Source: Guillardia theta CCMP2712 (taxonomy: Eukaryota; Protista; Cryptophyta). Taken from it: 64,000 nucleotides of DNA. The notes beneath the pieces are model-generated. The model saw only the letters and a list, made by a program, of their open reading frames with translations, did no database searches and was not told the origin of the DNA. Position 1 is the first letter of the stretch, and each line of letters begins with the position of its first letter. Where the stretch lies: contig NW_005434571.1 of NCBI RefSeq assembly GCF_000315625.1, forward strand, positions 76,027 to 140,026, written 5' to 3'. Made by a program: the position numbers and the translations under genes. Positions 1 to 11,010 of this stretch are shown here, piece by piece.

Positions 1-287
1 TACACACACATCGTCCTCTTCCAGCTCCGAGGTACAACATCTCTCTCTCCTATCCTTTCTCTCCCTCCTCCCTTTCTCCCTCCTCCGGGACGCCCAGCCT
101 CGCCTTCCACCGGCTGCATGCCCCAACGGAAACTGACCGTTGCAAGACCGTTGCACGATTATACCAAACCCGCCTCGAATGAAATTCAGGTGGGACCCCC
201 AATTTCATGGCCAATTTGGGGGTGGCTAGACCCCTCCTCCACCCTCCTGCCCAACGGCAGGGCGGAGCATGGAGGGGTTCAATCTAG

Positions 288-1827
288 AGGAGCAGGCGGC
301 GATCAGAGATCGAAGCGGCGAGCTAAGCGACCAGGTACGTGGACGATGATGAGGGCGATAATGATCATCGATGATATCATGTTGATGTTGACGAAGCAAA
401 GATGTTGACAACAAGATGAGAAGCAGTTTTGTTGAGCAGAATAATGAGATGTGAATAATTCGGTTTTGTCGACAAGAGGCTGAATGTGTTGATACTGCTT
501 GGTTGATTCCTACGTGTGGGCCGATGATGACAATCATGGTCAGTATCGCAAGTACCTCGCGGATCATCCGGAGCTGACGCAGATAATGCATGACTTTCTT
601 GTGAATGTCCTAGTGAACAAGCCTGAAGACTGTTTCCAGTGAGTCTTTCTCCTGTCTTTACTCCGTCCTTTTCCACCTTCCCTTCCAACACTTGATTGTT
701 TCTTTGTTTTCGAAGCCCATCTCCGTTGATTGCTGTCCCGTTGAACACTCCTGTTTGCTCCCTCACCCCGTCCAATCAACTCTGTTTCTCCCTCCTTCAT
801 CCCTCAAGTCAGCTGATGGAGACCTTAGGTTCTGCAATGAATACTTCGAGAGCTTCAAAGGAGGCGATGGCTCAGGGGATGCGGTAGATGGGTGGGGGTA
901 TGCGAGGGCAAGACCGCTCCTCCTGGTCGGTCCTCCTGAGAGCGGCAAGAGGGGACTAGCGCGGGACATGGTGAAGGCTCACATTGATAAGTTTGGGGTG
1001 CTGGTGGCGTTCACGGATAGGGAGCTAAAGGAGAAGGAGAAGGAGGGGGTCGACTTTCAAACCATGGACCGAGGCTCTTTCAGCATAGCGGCGGGGGCGG
1101 ACGAGTTCATCGTAGAGCAGGAGATAGGAGAGAGTCACTATGGCTGGAAGCATTCGAACCTTGAGAGCATCTTTGAGACTGGTAGGTGTGCCCTGATCCC
1201 TTGCCCGTACTCCTGCTTCTCCTCCTTCCGAACTGCTCTAGCGGGAAAGTTCATGCCAAGATGTGTCCTTATCAAACCAGAGGTCGAGGCCTTGAAGCGT
1301 CGCCAGCAAGAGAAGGGCTTGAGCAATGAAGAGATTGAGAAGAGGGCGAATGAAACGATGAACATGTATGCTGAGATAGAGAAGAAGGTTGGACTGTTCG
1401 AGAAGGTATGAATGCACTAGGTCATGTTGTATCGACTGACGAGACTCGCAATGAAAGGAGTTTGTTGTGGAATATGACCAAACTTCGATTTCTAGAAAGT
1501 CTGCTGAACAGATAGTGGGTGCGTTCTCAACATCCTCTCTTCCCTCTTTGTCTTCATTTGACTTTCAAGCCTATTTTTTGATCTTTTTTTATCTTCTTTC
1601 CCTTGTAGAATGGACGCTCTCGATCGACTGGGAGCTGAAGCTGGACAAGGACTTGTCGCATGCAGCCACCAAGATTCAAGGGCAGGCGAGAAGACGACGA
1701 GACGCTCGGAGAGTGAAGAAGCTCAAGGAAGGTAACAGTGCCTCTTGCGCGCACAAACGCTCTCCTTGCCGAACTTACTTGCGTATCGTTTGCTGCAGAG
1801 TCGAAGTCGAAGGAGAGTTCAGAATGA
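288..1827 (+). CDS. Multi-exon gene (5' end probably outside or at window edge): RIIa/Dpy-30-like docking domain + guanylate-kinase-like domain + IQ motif
   Basis: Exon ~544-638 reads YRKYLADHPELTQIMHDFLVNVLVNKPEDCF and splices (gtgagt..ttag) to FCNEYF. P-loop GPPESGKR and a GK-like body at 829-1406. IQ motif HAATKIQGQARRRRDARR at ~1660-1715. Predicted last exon ends with TGA at 1825-1827. Confidence 0.7.
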
Positions 1828-2169
1828 AGAGAAGCTTTCTGATTGTATATGAACTGCAGCAAAGATTGAGAATTCAATAGCTGTGAGCGCCATTGCAGCC
1901 TGTCCTACACACCAGAGATGTCCCGAGGCACGGGTCTGCCTTCACTCCCTCAGGGCAAGGAAGGAGAAACTGAACTCTTTCTCGTGCAGTGAATTGCATC
2001 ATCTCTACTGGTCGACAGGTCAAGGAACGATCTTCCATCGATTTCTAGCTCGTCGCCCATCCCCAGTCTCCACCTTGCCTCCAACGGCAGACGGGGCAGC
2101 GTTCTCTTCGTACCTTGACTCTGCGGGTCGTCCTTGAACAAGGTTATGAAACCATCGCCGACATGCTGA

Positions 2170-2545
2170 CTCCTTCTGCTCAACCATGCTTGGGTGACCT
2201 GCAGGACCCCCGCACACTTCACGCATCCATCACACAGCCTGTTTTCGTCGCATCCTATCTTGGACCGACAGCACGGCTCGCTCGTCGCTTGTTCTTTTTT
2301 TTTTCCTATAGCCTTTGCTTGTAAGCGACGCATTGAATAGACTGGCTGTGCTCAGGTTGTTCCAACACGCCTATGCTGGGCTCCTCTCGCAACTCGTGCA
2401 GGGCCCGTCCGTGCTTTACCGGCCCTTCTCAAGTCATCCCTCGTATCGCCGTCGCTTCTCGCCGACGAGACGATTGGAGTTTGGAAGCTCCAGGAAGGGG
2501 CAATACTGCCTCTTACGCGCACAAACACTTTCCTTGCAGACCTGA
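2170..2545 (-). pseudogene. Decayed member of the local Zn2Cys6 family
   Basis: Minus strand aligns to clusters 2-3 of the intact copies (KRRRYEG*LEK..STDGPCTSC; CCRSKIGCDENRLCDGC), with stops and frameshifts. Confidence 0.7.
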
Positions 2546-3213
2546 AGGATGAACCATACAGTGCATATGAGATACATAGCTCGCGTGTGATGCATCGTTA
2601 TGTGTTCTTCCAGCGCAATCGATTAACGATTCAACGACCAATTGAGACCACTTTTCTCCACACAGCTGCCAGTCAAACCCCTCAAGTCAGCAAAGGCGGA
2701 AATCTGCTATCAGGTTCAAAGAAACAAGGCGAGCCCATCTCTAACAACAACGCTTCCTCCTGCTCCAGCGCATCATGCCTGATGGCGATCTTATTCTCCT
2801 GAAATGCAAGCAACATCTTGTCCTTGACTGCATATGGTGCTGAGTGTTCTACAAGGTTGCAATCGTTCACCAGTTCTGACATCTGTTCTTTTCTCATGCC
2901 GTCCAGCTGTTCTTTGATCGTCTTTCCCCCTCCCTCACAGTTATGCGCGGTCCGAATGCAAGGAGGAGATAGTCAAACTTCCTTGCTGATGAGCTCTGTT
3001 TGCAACGGATTTTTTCTGTAGCCGCCATCATCCAGCAACCATTACAACATGATTTTCCATAACAAACGGAGATATCCTCTCCTATCGTCGACCGAGCTTG
3101 AGGAATACATTGCTAGAAATCACGTCGACCGCTGGCCAAAAAGTTGATGAAACAGCCTCATTTGAACAAGCTTCAATGAAAGTGAACAAAAAAAAAGAAT
3201 ATTTACAGCAAGA

Positions 3214-4305
3214 TCACAGATAATTACACTTTTGTAAACCCCAGACCATCTCCTCGTCCTTGCTCTCCTCCTCCTCCCCCTCCCCCTCCCCCTCCCCCTC
3301 CCCCTCCTTCTCCTCCTCCTCCTCCACCTCCTCCTCGTCAAGGATCAACTTTGCTGCCTCCTCCCCTCCTTCCATCTCCGCAAGCAGTACCCCGAGATCA
3401 GATCCTCCCTCCCATGGCTCCCTCCCATCCTCCAGCTCCAGCCCCTCCCAGCTCCCCGCACTCTCATTCTCTCCTATCGTCCAGTACCTGTCTCCCCCAA
3501 GCAGCGCTCCCCCGTCTCCTACCTCCACACCCTCGTCCGAGTCCTCGTGCTCTCCGTCCACTTTACCAGCCTCTTCTCCCAGACTGTCCCTGCACCCCCG
3601 CCCACTTCTCAGGCACCGCAAGCACGGCCGGCCCTCGTCGCACCCTACCTTGGACCGACGACAAGCCTCGCACGCCCGCACCACCTGCTTCCTCCGGTGC
3701 TTCAGCCGCCTGCACGAGTACCTCCACACCTCCAGCTGCTCCGGGCTCATCTGCATCCGCGGTCCCAGCGCAGGAGCAACGCTCGCCAGGCAGTCTCTGC
3801 ACGCCTGAACCACGTTCCCCCCGCACCTCGAGCAGGGTCTTTCCATGCTGCACCGGACCTTCTTCTGCCGGCACCCCTCGCACGACCGTCGCTTCATCGC
3901 TGGGCCAGCCGTCTCCTGCAGACCGCTTGCGCTGCTCCTCGCCCCCGTCATTGAAAGCCCTTGCGGGGGCCTCTGCACGCTGTACGCCAGGCATGCTTGT
4001 CCGCAGCCTTGCCGCAGGCAGCGCGTGCAGGGGCGGCTGTCGTCGCACTTGACCTTGTTGAGCTTGCATCGCAGACAAGCGGCGAAGGCCCGGGAGCGTT
4101 GAGTCGGATCGACAGGAGAGGCAGTGTCCGCCATGAGTAGAGGAATGATGAGAATGAGTTTGGTAAAGAGAGCGGGCAGACGCTCGTAAGCAAGTTCGGA
4201 AGACGAGCTCAGAAGAGGTAAAGTGCGGGAAAGGATCAAAAGGATCCTGTCATCATTGCCAGCTATGTCGGAAGCATCCGAATCGTTGCGGATGTACAAA
4301 GACAA
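3214..4305 (-). CDS. Triple Zn(II)2Cys6 transcription factor, copy 1, acidic E/G-rich tail (likely ATG at 4134)
   Basis: Three CX2CX6CX5CX2CX6-8C motifs: CLRCKLNKVKCDDSRPCTRC..C, CEGCRQKKVRCSMERPCSRC..C, CEACRRSKVGCDEGRPCLRC..C. Confidence 0.85.
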   Translation of the reverse strand: MSLYIRNDSDASDIAGNDDRILLILSRTLPLLSSSSELAYERLPALFTKLILIIPLLMADTASPVDPTQRSRAFAACLRCKLNKVKCDDSRPCTRCLRQGCGQACLAYSVQRPPQGLSMTGARSSASGLQETAGPAMKRRSCEGCRQKKVRCSMERPCSRCGGNVVQACRDCLASVAPALGPRMQMSPEQLEVWRYSCRRLKHRRKQVVRACEACRRSKVGCDEGRPCLRCLRSGRGCRDSLGEEAGKVDGEHEDSDEGVEVGDGGALLGGDRYWTIGENESAGSWEGLELEDGREPWEGGSDLGVLLAEMEGGEEAAKLILDEEEVEEEEEKEGEGEGEGEGEEEESKDEEMVWGLQKCNYL

Positions 4306-4764
4306 TACTCCGAGATATCACTGCTCTGGTATATCTTGAAAAGAAGTGTTTTCGTTCTCAGCGGGATACTTCCTTCACTTGCTCCCAAAACGTAGGTGTA
4401 GGAGTCGCGATCTTTTCAGAGCTGAGCTGTTCGACCAAACATCTCTGCTTCGCCTCAGGACCGAGGTATCATGCAAGGCGCTTCACCGGATCAGCTCGAT
4501 CATGTGCGGTATGATAACTTGCTTTCACCTTCTTTCAGCCCTCCAATCATCTTGATCGATGAGTATTCGTCACATGGATGAAGTTTTATCGTGTCTGGTG
4601 TGGTATAGGATATGCTGCAAAGAGCGTCAAAGTGTCAGAGTAACCGCATATTCTTCATCGACTCTGCCTGATGCAGCAACCTTCAAAGCAGCCTCGTGAT
4701 CTCATGACAGCGACACTTCGACCAAGGTGCTTCGAGCTAGCTCAGCAGAGCTAGGATGATACAA

Positions 4765-5195
4765 AATGTGAGGAATCCTTCTGTCTTTGCTGCATCAGCG
4801 TCATCTGATACTATCAAGAAAGTAGACGGTTGGAGGGATTACCCAGACCAACTGACTGACATCGACTGGATAGCCAAAGTCAATGAATCTTAGTTCTTGA
4901 GAGCACAACTCCGATCATCCAGGAGTGTCTTCCCCATGAAACGCTCCCCTGATACCTCGAGATTCCTCTCGCCTCTTCCGGCTCTCGGCCATCCTCTTGA
5001 CCTCACAAACCTCCTAGTCTCTGTCGGTCCCTTCTAGCGGGCTGTCCTTGCAACCCCGCCCTGGCGGCGTGCTAGTTGTGATTGGCTCCGACTTTGATCC
5101 AGGTGTTGCGACTCTTGTGTGTCATGTTCTGCGTTCGCAATCAACCAATGAATGCACGATAGGATGGCAGTCATTCTGCAAGAATGTATACAACA
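4765..5195. mobile_element. LTR fragment related to the LTR starting at 10725
   Basis: 4765-4942 matches 10784-10971 closely. It ends TGTATACAACA (5185-5195), the reverse complement of the LTR start TGTTGTATACA at 10725. Confidence 0.7.
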
Positions 5196-5516
5196 TACGA
5201 CCTCCTAGGTTTGCCATCAGATCACCTTCACGTCACTCAACGACTCGATTAAACGTCAAGTCAAAATGGATCGTCCTTCCAACGGAGCTGATTGTAGTGA
5301 AAACAGCAATGCCATGTACAAAGCACCGAATGCTGAGTCCTAATAGATAGCATAAGACAGACGGTTATCGTGCTTGCCGCACATACGCGTGAAATAACGC
5401 CACCAGCAAAAACAATGACGTCACAATGTAAATGAATACAAATCTTTATACAAACGCTGACGCAAAAAAAAACAAGATAATTCGAAGCTTCCTTCAAACG
5501 ATCCAAGAAAGTCACA

Positions 5517-6419
5517 TCAAACAGCTTTGTTTCCTTCCAAGCAACAAAAATAAATGCCCCCGTCCTCCCAGAATGACCTCCCTGCTTCCTTCCTTGCTTC
5601 CTCCTCCGCCAGCAGCAACCAATCATTTGATCTTTCCAACGGCTCCTCCAGCTCCAGCCCCTCCCAGCTCCCCGCACCCTCATCCTCTCCCAGCAGCGCT
5701 CCCCCGTCTCCTACCTCCACACCCTCGTCCGAGTCCTCTTGCTCTCCGTCTACCTTGCCAGCCTCTTCTCCCAGGCTGTCCCTGCACCCCCGCCTTGTTC
5801 GCAAGCACCGCAAGCACGGCCGGCCCTCGTCGCACCCTACCTTGGACCGACGACACGCCTCGCACGCCCGCACCACATGCTTCCTCCGGTGCTTCAGCCG
5901 CCTGCACGAGTACCTCCACACCTCCAGCTGCTCAGGGCACATCTGCATCCACGCCCCCAGCGTAGGAGCAACGCTCGCCAGGCAGTCTCTGCACGCCTGG
6001 ACCAGGTTCCCCCCGCACCTCGAGCAGGGCCTCTCCATGCTGCACCGGACCTTCTTCTGCCGGCACCCCTCGCACGACCGTCGCTTCATCGCTGGGCCAG
6101 CCGTCTCCTGCAGACCGCTTGCGCTGCTCCTCGCCCCCGTCATTGACAGCCCTTGCGGGGGCCTCTGCACGCTGTACGCCAGGCATGCTTGACCGCAGCC
6201 TTGCCGCAGGCAGCGCGTGCATGGGCGGCTGTCGTCGCACTTGACCTTGTTGAGCTTGCATCGCAGACAAGCGGCGAAGGCCCGGGAGCGTTGTGTGGGA
6301 TCGACAGGAGAGGCAGTGTCCGCCATGGATGGAGCACCGACAGAGAGGGGAGAGTATGTCGCAGGCGCTGGCGGCAGGGCTGGAGTGCTGTACAGGGAAG
6401 GGCCAAGCACGGAGCTCAT
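5517..6419 (-). CDS. Triple Zn2Cys6 transcription factor, copy 2
   Basis: Same three clusters; MSSVLG start shared with copy 3. Confidence 0.85.
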   Translation of the reverse strand: MSSVLGPSLYSTPALPPAPATYSPLSVGAPSMADTASPVDPTQRSRAFAACLRCKLNKVKCDDSRPCTRCLRQGCGQACLAYSVQRPPQGLSMTGARSSASGLQETAGPAMKRRSCEGCRQKKVRCSMERPCSRCGGNLVQACRDCLASVAPTLGAWMQMCPEQLEVWRYSCRRLKHRRKHVVRACEACRRSKVGCDEGRPCLRCLRTRRGCRDSLGEEAGKVDGEQEDSDEGVEVGDGGALLGEDEGAGSWEGLELEEPLERSNDWLLLAEEEARKEAGRSFWEDGGIYFCCLEGNKAV

Positions 6420-6668
6420 GGTGCCGAGGGACCAGAGGAGACAGGAGTGGACGACTGCATGAGGACTTGCGGATGTATATATAGTATGGACAGATGCATC
6501 AAATATATATATATACAAAGATTTCGTCAGCACCATCAGCTGCTTGTCGGGATCTTCCGAATCGTTGTGTGATTAAGTCCCCTTGTGGGCCACTGGCTCC
6601 GAGATTGTACCAGAAAGCCCTCAGGTCCGAAGTCCCTCGTGACCGTGAGGGATCACTGATCAGTCAAA

Positions 6669-6860
6669 CGTTGTGTGACTGCGGTACCATACCTGAGTTC
6701 ATCATGTGTGACTGCGGTACCATACCTGAGTTCATCATGTGTGACTGCGGTACCATACCTGACTGAGTTCATCCGAACCGTTGTGTGACTGCGGTACGGC
6801 ATGAGTCACGTTTATGTGCGGTACCGTACTTATCAGTACGGTACCATACCTGAGTTCATG
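6669..6860. repeat. 33-bp tandem repeat TGTGTGACTGCGGTACCATACCTGAGTTCATCA (two perfect units, a third with a 4-bp insertion, then degenerate units)
   Basis: Units start at 6672, 6705 and 6738; no spacers. Confidence 0.9.
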
Positions 6861-7900
6861 ATCCGAACGGAGTTTGAAAACTTCACTTTGCCAGTCAACG
6901 GGATCCGACGGCGAACCGTTGGACCGTTGTAGCGGTGTAACTGCAGCCATGCGGCGCGCGGCTCTGATTAGTACGGTACGGTGTGACCTGACTCTGAGTC
7001 GCCGGGGACTCCGGGACCGGCGCCGCGGGCCCGGGAGTACGGCGTAGTACTTGCGGCGCCGGACTTTTCGAGTCAAAACTTTCACGTTCGCCATTCAAGT
7101 CGAGTCGGTTGCCATCAATGATACAATCAAAAAGTTTGCCGCGGGGCCTACGATTCAATAACTAAGTTACTGTTAAGATCGGAGGCTCTGCGTCTCCGAG
7201 GGCGCGGCCGCACTCTCGCCGGACTCGGGAGGCTCGAGTCCGGGCCGCGCCGGGCGGCCCGGCGGCAAGGGCCCTGGCCCCGGCCCGGCGGCAAGGGCCT
7301 GTCGACTGAGTCCGCCCGCCGAGCCGCCGCGGCAGTGACTTGCCAAGTTCCGGGGCCGCCATACCGTAGTCACTGAATAGTACGGTGTCGGAGGTGCGGC
7401 CCGGCCGGGGGGGGCAGCCCTTCCGAAGTTCCTGGCAGTTCGGAGGCTCCCGGAGCAGCCTCAGTGGCAGGCCAGTGTGCCGCGCGGCGCGGCGGCAGCC
7501 GGCGCCACACTGTAACGGTGCACATTGAATCAGTCCGAATCTGTGACTGGGCTTGACAGTGACCCGGCGTGACTGACTCGGAGTAACGGTTGAACCTATA
7601 GTACGGCCAAAAGTCTGCCATGATGCCCAATGATGACATGATCAGTGATGACGGACTGACTAGTGACACGGCCAACGCCGGGCCCCGTGACGGCCGACTG
7701 CTGTCTGACGGTCCCCCCGGCAAACTTGAGTATTAATTGATTGAGAGGCGGCTCCGTCCCGCACAGTGGGAGTTGCCCAGTTTTACTGCGGCCAGTCACA
7801 GGCCGGGCTGTGGCACCGGGCCGCCTTGCTCGGAGTCACACTGCCGCCGGCCGGCGCCGCCGCCAGACCGTTCAACGGCCCGGGTTGACGATCGGAATGA
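6860..7900. repeat. GC-rich palindromic-word island
   Basis: Dense CCGG, GGCC, GTAC, GATC, GASTC, CASTG, GTSAC and CTSAG words; no credible ORF. Confidence 0.8.
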
Positions 7901-8217
7901 CTTTCAATTTTTAATCAGCACTCAGTTATTAACAGTACTACAGTGAGTGACAACTTTCAGCTATGATTTGGCAGAGCCGACTCTCAATTTCCCAAAGCAG
8001 ACTGAGTCGGCCAATTTCCCAAACAAAGACTGAGCCACACTGATTCAACGCGGCGGGCTAAAGCCTGCCGCAGACGGTGGCTGCATGGCAGTCACTCGGA
8101 CATTTCCATGGGATCATGAGCCTGATCATCATCGAGCATCTAAGCCACAAGCAGGGGAGAGTTAAAGGATTCACAGGAGGAGACTTGTGCATGACATGGA
8201 TTCAGCAAAATCTCAAA

Positions 8218-8895
8218 TCAGTCGTCGCCCAAGCTGTCGTTCATGAACGCAGAAATCCAGCTGGCGTCGAGGGGCTCAAATGGAAAATCAAACAGAGCCC
8301 CTTGAGAAACATCCTTCCCTTGCTCTTCTATGGTCTGAGTTTCGGACTTGATTTCTAAGACTTCTCCAGCCTCCTTTGTATCAGCGTGAATGTGCAAGGG
8401 ATTTGTCGTGTGTTCTGCTTCTGCTGACTTTAGAGGCCAATGTTCAACCCCACTGCAGTCGACCAGTCCTTGTTTTGCAAAGTCTGCATCGGTTGCTGAC
8501 TTTGAAGGTGAAGGGCTGTACTCGGTCGTGCTTTCTTCATTTTCGTCTGACGACTCCTGCACAGCAGCAGTGGGAGAAACCATTCTGAAAACCGCCTTAG
8601 GTCTAATGCGAGAATATGGCCACTTGGAGATCCCAACTCGTCGACAAGCTGCTTTCATTGCCGTCAGAGAGATCCCCTGTCGCGGAAAAGGTCAGAAACA
8701 TATCAATTTGAACAATATGATGCGATACCAGATAAGCTGCTGCTTCAGTCTGCCTGAGATGGAAGAGACTCTCTATCTGCTTTTGGGGGATTTGAAACAT
8801 TTTCTTTCCCTGTCGGAGTTCATTTTATCTCGGGGTGTAACCAAGATTTCAATATGATCGTTGTCACTTTTGTACATCTCGGTATCCTGATTCAT
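8218..8895 (-). pseudogene. RWP-RK transcription factor copy 1 (1-bp deletion near 8825; possibly translated from the Met at 8800)
   Basis: IESLFHLRQTEAAAYL | intron 8677-8728 | GISLTAMKAACRRVGISKWPYSR. Reads cattttatctc against catttttgtctc in copy 2. Confidence 0.75.
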
Positions 8896-8979
8896 TTTGA
8901 AGGATGGATTTTCGCTATCTCAACGTAGAGTCGAGCAAATTCGTATACGTACTGTCGGAGCTGCAATACAGTTTTCTTT

Positions 8980-11010
8980 CCCACCGTGGATGTGTCCAGA
9001 ACCGTCGTTTGCAGTAAGTGCAGAAACTTAATTTGGGGGACTCGAACCGGAGGACTGTGCGGGAGCTGGGGAGGGCTGAACTCCTGGCGTCGACGGAGAG
9101 GGTTGAAGGGCACAAATAGGCTGGAACCAAGAAGACGGTTTGACGAAGGCGAAAGCTTTCTGTGCTAGAAGCGACATCGTGGCAGCTGTAGCAGGATGCA
9201 TGTGCGCTATGGGGACCATAACGAGTCGAACTTCCGGGTCGAGAAAACCACGGTTGGCGAATTGTTGACTGAGAAGATTGTGCTCTTGAAATACGACAGT
9301 TTCAGATTTGTATAGTAAAAGTTCGTCGACATAACGTTGCGTCCGAAGAGTATAATCAGTGATCGATTCGTTGATGCCTTGACAGAGATTGGTCACTTGG
9401 TGCTGTAGGGGATGTGAGCCGCGGGAGAAAATTGCTGCGTGATGAAAAGACAGAATTCCGGCCAGGGAAGAAGGAACCTTTCGTGAAGAGGACGATCGTG
9501 AGACATGCGTTGAAGAACAGAGTCATCAAGAAATGTCGTTGTATAGTAAACCCATAGATTGCCGGGAATGCGTTGAACAGACAGAGCGCGTCCCATCTGA
9601 GAGAGCCAGCTGTGAATGCTTCGAGAGTCAGCCTGACCGAGAAAGGGGGTGATGGACATTCTGGGCTGAAATTTCGGGAGTTTGTCACCAGGGAAAGATT
9701 GAGAAGGACGGACGGGCGTGGGCTGAGGAATCAGCGACATGCATACGTCACGAGAGGGATTCTGCTGCATGTTAGAAGCACGAATACCTGGCAACGGAGT
9801 CATCTGTTTCTCTGGCAAGAGAGAAACTGGAGGCGGAGCTTCGGGAATCGATGAAGGGTCTGGCTCAACCGGGATAACATGCGTGTACATCAGCCGAGGG
9901 CTGGGAGGGGAGGCAGAACTCGCCATGCGCGGAGACGTCTGCGCACTAGACGGTGCGTACATCAGCCGAGGGCTGGGAGGGGAGGCAGAACTCGCCATGC
10001 GCGGAGACGTCTGCGCACTAGACGGTGCAGGGAGGGGCTTCAAGCGCTGGATTTCTGCCACAGAGGTTGAAAGGGCGGAAACAAGACGGTCTTGAAGTTC
10101 GTAGGATTGAGCAAGTAGACGATCATGGAATTCCTGAGATTGCTCAAATTGACGATCCAGCTTGCGTTCAAGTTCTTCTTGACGTTGCTGGGCATCCTTG
10201 CGGGCATCTGCGTTCTGTTGCAGGAGTAAAGCAAAAAGTTGACGAAGAGACGGTTCCTTGTCGTTGGTAGCAGGAGAATTTCGACCTGAAGACATCGCAG
10301 AGATGGGCTCTGCGGCAGGGGTACGCGGAGAAAATGCACCAAAAGCGGAATTACAGGAAGGATGCGGAGCTGGAGACTCCGGAACGAAGATAGACGGGGC
10401 TGGTACTGGCGTGAAAAAGAATGGGCGAGCACCAGAAGCTGGATGGGAATCCTGCTGTGGTCGATCTTGCATAATTGAATCATCATCTCTCGTTGCGGAA
10501 AAAGGACGGGGGAATTGAAACTGTTGAGCTCCAACATTTGGGTGAATCGAAGTTGAATCAGCGACTTGTTCTGTAGATCTCGGAATCCTTCGTTCACTGG
10601 TCTGAGCCTTACGCGATCTTTTCACTTTCAACAGTTTGCTTGCTTTCTTTCAGTGCTGAAATCATTCTTGGAATCGTTCGAGATTCTGAATCAAAGCTGG
10701 AATGTGAACCAATTCGCTACCATATGTTGTATACACAACCTTGCGTAAGACGTTGAGCTCAGATGATCTTAGGATCTCTGTTTATGTGAGGAATCCTTCT
10801 GACTTGTTGCATCAGCGTCAACTGATACTATCAAGAAACTTGTAGGCGGTTGGAGGGGTTACCCCAAACCAACTGACTGACAACGGCTGGATAGCCAAAG
10901 CAAATGAGTCTTAGTAGTTAGTTCTTGAGAGCACAACTCCGATCATCCAGCAGTGTCGTCCCCATGAAACGTTCGACTACATTGGTCCAGGTGTTGCGAC
11001 TTGTCTTGTC
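8980..11010 (-). mobile_element. Truncated LTR retrotransposon (gypsy-like): LTR part + PBS + frameshifted gag, no pol
   Basis: ORF 9393-10631 has capsid-like FLGQAD..HSWL..LPWPEFCLFITQQFSP. It continues out of frame as NLCQGINESITDY, then a CTYC knuckle remnant near 9010. In-frame 72-bp tandem duplication at 9885-10028. LTR begins TG at 10725. Confidence 0.75.
10705..10722 (-). other. Primer-binding site TGGTAGCGAATTGGTT, initiator-Met-tRNA type
   Basis: Lies 2 nt from the LTR CA end. TGGTAGCG is the yeast Ty1-type iMet PBS start. Confidence 0.7.

Noticed and set aside
3260-4078. Antisense and alternative-frame ORFs over the Zn2Cys6 genes
   Set aside because: Shadows of GC-rich coding sequence.
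6669-6860. 33-bp repeats as a CRISPR array
   Set aside because: Head-to-tail units with no spacers, no cas genes, eukaryotic context.
4765-11010. One intact LTR element spanning both LTR-like copies and capturing TF genes
   Set aside because: The LTR copies are diverged and partial, with no TSD, convincing polypurine tract or pol. Separate remnants are the simpler explanation.
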